A stretch of DNA of 64,000 nt from an uncultured Elusimicrobia bacterium (GTDB taxonomy: Bacteria > Elusimicrobiota > Elusimicrobia > UBA1565 > UBA9628), in contig CAZIBN010000012.1 of assembly GCA_964537395.1 (NCBI GenBank), positions 633 to 64,632 of the forward strand, given 5' to 3'. The translations under genes were made by a program, and so were the position numbers. Shown here in pieces: positions 10,601-16,600 of this stretch. The notes under the pieces are model-generated. The model made no database searches, was not told the DNA's origin, and worked only from the letters and a program-made list of their open reading frames with translations. The number at the start of each line of letters is the position of its first letter. Within the stretch, counting starts at the first letter, position 1.

Positions 10601-13600
10601 GAGGCCGAGGCCGCGATCATCGCCCATCACAAGGGGGGGCCGGAGGCGGGCCGGGCTTTCCTGCGCGACGTGGCCAAGAGCGGCATGTCGCGCTCCGAGA
10701 TCCGCGAGATGATGGGCGCGGTGGCCGAGGCGTCGGGCCTTAAGCTCGTCGAGATCCCGGCCGAGTCTCTTTTCGTGAAGCTCGCCCAGGGCGGCCAGAT
10801 CGCGATCGTGATGACTCATGTCGCCGACTCGGCCGCCGGCTTCAACGGCGGGTCGCACATGGTCAACCTGTCCAATTGGCGCCAGGCGCGCAACCCCGTC
10901 ACCGGGCGCGTGGAGACCATGGTGGACGTGGCCGATCCCAACATCCGCGTCCTGTCCGGCAGGAGCCCGGGCGGCGCGCCGATCTACGAGGCGAAGACGG
11001 TGTCGATGCCGCTGTCGGAGATCGCGCCCGAGATCCGCGGCAGCCTGCGCGCGGAAAACGGCAACGCGGCCGGCTACGCCTTCGAGCCCGCCGCCGGCGC
11101 CGGCCCACGCGGGCCGCCCGCGCGCCCCGTCGCCGAGCTCGTCGCCCGCATGGGCGGCACCGTGGGCTCCGGCTCGGGCGCGGCTGTCGCGGGCGTCAAA
11201 TCCCCGGCCGGCTTCGAGAGCCGCGGTCACGGCAAGGTCATCGACCCGACCCTCTTGCCGGTCGAAATCTATTCGAAGGAGATCGTTCAGGCCTCCCGCG
11301 AGCACGGGCTGGTCTACGAGCTCGACGCCGCCTCCCTGGGCCGGATGAAGCCGGGCGTCAAACATAATTACGTGATCTCGCGCAGCCCGGACGGCATGAT
11401 CGAGATGACCGTGGGCCGCCTCGCGGAAGGCAACGTCAAGGAGGTGGGCGTCAAGCACGTCGCGCTCGGGGACGGCCGCCCGGTTCTGTTCGCCGGCGAG
11501 ATGGTGGTCGATCCCGTCACCGGCCGGCCGAGGCTCGATTTCAAGAGCGGCATGTACTCCCAGGTCGGCCTCGACGCGCGCTGGGCCCCGACGGCGGAGA
11601 ACGCCCGCGCGCTCGCCGTGCATGCCGAGGCGATCCTGGGCTCGCCCGTCGAGATCTTCAACCACGTCAGCGAGCGGTCGATCGATGTCGGCGGCGCGAC
11701 GCCGAGCGGCGTGGGCATGGCGGCCAGCGCGCCTGTGCGCTCCATCTCCCGCGGCGAGTCGCGCCGCGACTGGACGGTCAATGGCCGTCCCGCCGAGAGG
11801 CTCTCCGCCGGCGGCTTCAAGGAAGTGCTGATCCATCCGTCCGACGCGGGCCTCGTGATCAAGCTGTTCTCGTTGACGGGCGGCAAGGACGCGGCGGGCA
11901 GCCGCTCCGAGATGCGCCTGGAGATGCGCAACCTCGAGCCGCTGCTCAAGATCGAACGCACCCCCCGGGTCGTGGAGAAGGGCGAGGTCGATCTGCAGAC
12001 CGCTTCCTCGGGCAAGCGGGGTGCCAGCTACATCGTTCAGGAGCGCGTCATCGGCCGCGAGATCGGCGAGATGCTCCGCGATCCGAGCTCCGAGGTCCGC
12101 GCCCGCGCGATCAAGCAGGCCCGTGCGCTGTTCGAGGATCTGATCTCGGCGCGGGTCAAGCTCGAGGACCGCGTGAAGATGCACGAGAACATATCGGTCG
12201 GCCGCGCGGGCAAGGGCGGCTTGGAGAAGGCCTGGGTCCTCGACGCGGGCGAGGCGACGCTCGTCGCCAAGCGCGGGATGCTCGATGGCCTGCTCGGCAA
12301 GGCGGATCCCCTGCGCGTGTATTATGAGTCCGTGCTCACCGAGCTGTCGGGGCTTTCGCGCACCGTCGCGCGGGGCACGGAGAGAGGCCGGGGCGTGGGC
12401 ACGGCGACGGACGTGACTCGCTATGAGCGCTACTTCTCTCCCGTCGAGATCAAGGCGGCGCACCCGACGCCGAAGACAGGCGAGGTCTATCACAATCTCG
12501 AGCACACGCTGAAGGTCGCCGACATGGCGGGCGAGTTCGCCCGGGCGCGCGGCCTCGGCGAGGCCGACGTGAGGTTCGTCTCCGAGGTCGCCTTGCTTCA
12601 CGACTTCGACGCGGCGCGTGTGCCGGGCAAGCCCGCGCGCGTGCTCGCCACCCTCGAGTCCTTGCGCGCCGACTTCGCCGGAACGATGTCCCTCAACGGC
12701 GAGCCGGGCCGCTCGGTCCTCAAGGAGCGCTTCAAGTGGAGCGAATCCCAGCTCAAGATGGCCGAGGCGATGATCCAGCGCACCGAGTTCCCGTTCGCGG
12801 AGAAGCATCCCAACCCGGCCTACGCCGAGAAGAGCCCGCTCGCGCGCTACGACGAGATGCTCACGGCCATGTCGCCGGGCGACCGCCGCTTCGTCCTGCG
12901 CGAAGCCGCGCTGCTCTCGGAGTACGCCGACAAGTCGAGCTGGTACGCGACCGCGAAATACGAAGACGCGCATAAGGCCGTCGAGGGCCTGGTCAACGAG
13001 ATCGGCGTCCCCGCGGTCACCATCGGCACCCTGGGAACGAACGGCTTCCTGAAGGTGATCGGGGAGCCCGCGAGCTTCACGCACGACATGGCGCTGGCGA
13101 AGAAGTTCGATGTGAAGCTGACGCTGCAGAACCGCGCCGAGGCGTTCAAGCTCCTGCCCGAGCACTACGGCCGCACGTTCGAGGCCAACCTCAAGGGCTT
13201 CACCGAGTTCGACGCGGCGATGAAGGCGGGGGACCCGGCCGCCTATGAAAAGGCGCGCGCGGTCGCGGCGATCGCCGCCGAGCCGGCGGCGCGCCGGGCC
13301 GGCGTCGGGTCCTCCTTCAAGCCGGTCCCGGACTCCGCGACGGCCGTGCGCCTGCGCGGCGAGCAGAAGTTCGCGCGCACGCCGGACTATCCGAACTCGC
13401 CCGTCTTCACCGAGAACTCGGTCAAGGCCAACGACTTCTTCAACCGCTGGCTCAACGGCCAGGAGGGGACCCTTTCCCTGCGCCAGACGATGGAGTCCAT
13501 GCACAAGCTGTACGCGGGCCAGGGCGAGATCGGCAAGGGCCTCGGCGGGCAGTACATGCCCGAGGGCGCGCCCAACAACGGCCGCGCCAAGGTCACGCGC

Positions 13601-16600
13601 GACTTCGTCCGCGACTACTTCGGGCTCGAGGCGAACCCCGACGGCCATGTCTCCCTGCCGGGCATCCCCAAGGACATGAGCCCTCTCTTCCTCGGCTCAC
13701 GCTACTTCTATCCGGATTCCTCGATCCCAGGCATGCGCGAGACCTACTACAAGGCGCTCGAGACGCATCTGGCGACCTACTCCGAGCTCGTCAACCGGAT
13801 CGACGCGCTCAAGGCCCGGGACCCGAATTTCAAGACCAGCATCGAGTACCAGGCCCTGACCAAGGCGAGCCTCGACACCGTGGTGGACTTCGGGCGCACG
13901 GCCGCGGCCTTCCGCCAGTTCAAGAACGGCAACTGGGGCCTGTACGGCCCGATGATGAACTCGATGGTCAACCGGCTCGGCTTCTCGATCAAGAACCCGG
14001 GCTACCTCGACATCATCCTTCAGGGCGCCACCGAAGGGTCGATCAAGCCGTTCTTCGAGAAGGCGGTGCGCGAGGGCGTCGAGTTCTTCCCGAGCGACGG
14101 CTACGACCCGATCAAGGGCAAGGTGCGAGCGCCCGACGCGCCCCAGCCGGTGGTCCGGGCTCCGTCGGCGCCGCGCGACGTGTACGCGAACGCTCCGGCC
14201 GTCGTCAGATACGAGGGCCCGATACGCCTGCGCATCGGCGGCGAGGGGGGCAAGACGCTCGAGATCCTTTCCCGGGCCGACCTCGCCAAGAGCTTCCCAG
14301 ATGTGGCGCGCCTCATCGGCGACCCGCGCATCGAGCACGTGCTCATCGATCCGGCGAAGCCGGAGCAGATCAAGGGCCTGCGCCGGGGAGAGGTGTTCGA
14401 GCTCGGCCGCAAGGCCCCCGGCCGCTTTGAGCTGACGCCGAGCGTTTCCGGCAAGCACCTTCGCATCACCGGCGAGGGGGACGTCCTGCGCATCGAGGAC
14501 CTCGGCTCGTCGAACGGCACGCGCCTCGAGGTCCCCTCCAGGGCGGCCGGCGTCGGCAGCGGCGGCGGCCTTCTGAGCCGCGTGTTCGGCGGCCGCAGCG
14601 AGAGCATGCCCGCGGTCCCCGAGAAGATCATCTGGCCGGTCGAGGCGGGCGGGCCGGTTCCCGCGAGGCTCGACTTCACCAAGCTCAAGCTCGACGGGCC
14701 GCTTAAGAATCGCGAGGCCGTCCACACGAACGTGATCGCCGTCGAGCTCGGCGGCCGCAAGGCCGTGCTCAAGATCGACGCCAAGCCCAACGAGGCGCGC
14801 GTGCTGGCGGCGATGGCTGAGGTGCCTCTGCCGGCCAACGTGCGCGTCCCGCGCCTGCTCGGCGACGCCCCGGCGGACGCGATGGGCCTGTTCAGCGTGA
14901 CGCGCGAGGCGCCGGGAGCCGTCGACTACGCCGCGGTCAAGCGCGCGGCCGCCGAGGGGCGGCACATGCTGGCCGTGGAGCGCCTGCCCGACGATTTCGT
15001 CTCGATGATGCAGGTGACCAACGGCTCCGTCAAGCTGAAGGCGCCGATCTCGCGCGGGGACTGGCAGGGCCTGCTCGACGCGGTCAAGTCGTTCTCGCGC
15101 CGGGGCATGGGCTTCGGCGACCTCGGCAACGAGACCAATATCCGCCTGCGCCAGGTTCCCGACGGCAACGGCGGCGTGAAGACCGAGTTCGCGCTGATCG
15201 ACGCGGGCCAGGGCACGCTCAAGGGCAAGATGGAGACGCTCAACAGCGACTTCGTCCAGCTCAAGGGCGACCGCGCGCTCGAGACGCGCCTGCTCGAGAG
15301 GAATCTCCTCGAGGGGCGAGGGGCGCTGCCCGATCCCCGCCTCGCGGCGATAGCCCGCAACCAGGTGCCGCAGAGCCAGAAGTTCGCCGTCGAGCTGAAC
15401 GCGCTGATGAAAGGCGGCGGCGAGCGCCCTTCCGCCGCGCTACGGGCCGAAAGCCATCGCTTCACCGATCTGGCGCAGGCCGCCGCGTACCTTAAGGCAC
15501 CGGAAGGCATGCAGCTGCTCGAGAAGACCTCCGAGGGCCTCGCCGGAGACACGGTCAAGGTCGAGGTCGGCGGCCAGGACTGGTACCTCAAGCGCGTATC
15601 GAAAAAGCTCGGCGATTCGATCGACACGGGCCTGCGCGAGCTGACGCCGCGCGAGCGCGCCGGCAACGAGCTCGCGCTGCGCGAGGTCGTGCGCCGCTGG
15701 TTCCCCGAGACGTTCCGCGTGGCTCCCGAGGCGATCGCCATCGAGCACGGCGGCGAGATCTTCGTCCTGACGAGGGGCGCGCCCGCCGCGCCCGCGCCCG
15801 CGCGCCTGCAGACGATGACCGCCGCCGAGCACGCCGACTACGCGCTGCTGCGCCTCGTCTTCCGCGCCGAGGATCTCAATCGCGGCAACGTGCTTTTCGG
15901 CAAGGACGGCAAGCCGACCTTGATCGACTTCGAGAAGGTCATCGCCGCACCCCTCGATCCCGCGAGCGTCGCGCGCGGGGCCAATGCCGAGATATTCCTG
16001 AAGGGCTTCCCGGTGGTCTCGCTCAAGGGCAACGACCTGGCGGTGTACCGCGCCCATGCCGACAAGTTGCGCGCCCGCTTCGCCAGCCCCGAGCACGTCG
16101 CCGAGCTGACGGGCGTTCTCGAGCGCGCCGGCTGGACGCCCGAGCGGACCGCGAGCTACCTGAAGGCGATCGAGATCAACCTCCGGAACTTCGAGGTCAA
16201 CCTCGCGCCGTACATCGCCGAGGCCAACACGGTCATCGCCAAGCGCCCCCAGGGCGTCGGCGCCGCCGACAGCTTCTTCGACGGACCTCCGGACGCGGTG
16301 CGCGCGCGTCAGAGCGCGGACAAGCCCTCGCCGCTGCGCCAGATACAGGTCTCGCTCGAGGCGCGCGGCAAGGGCGACGTCTTCAAGGAAGCCGAGGCGA
16401 TCTACTATAAAGACGCCCTGACGGGCCTCAACAACCGCGCCTTCCTCATGGCGAACGCGGAGTCCCTGCTCAAGGGCATGAAGGACCCGACGGTCGCGAT
16501 GCTCGACATGAACAACTTCGGGGCGGTCAACGCGGGGCTCGCCGACGTGCACGGCCCCGTGGCCGGCCGGGAGATGGGCGACGCCATGCTCGCCGCCGCG

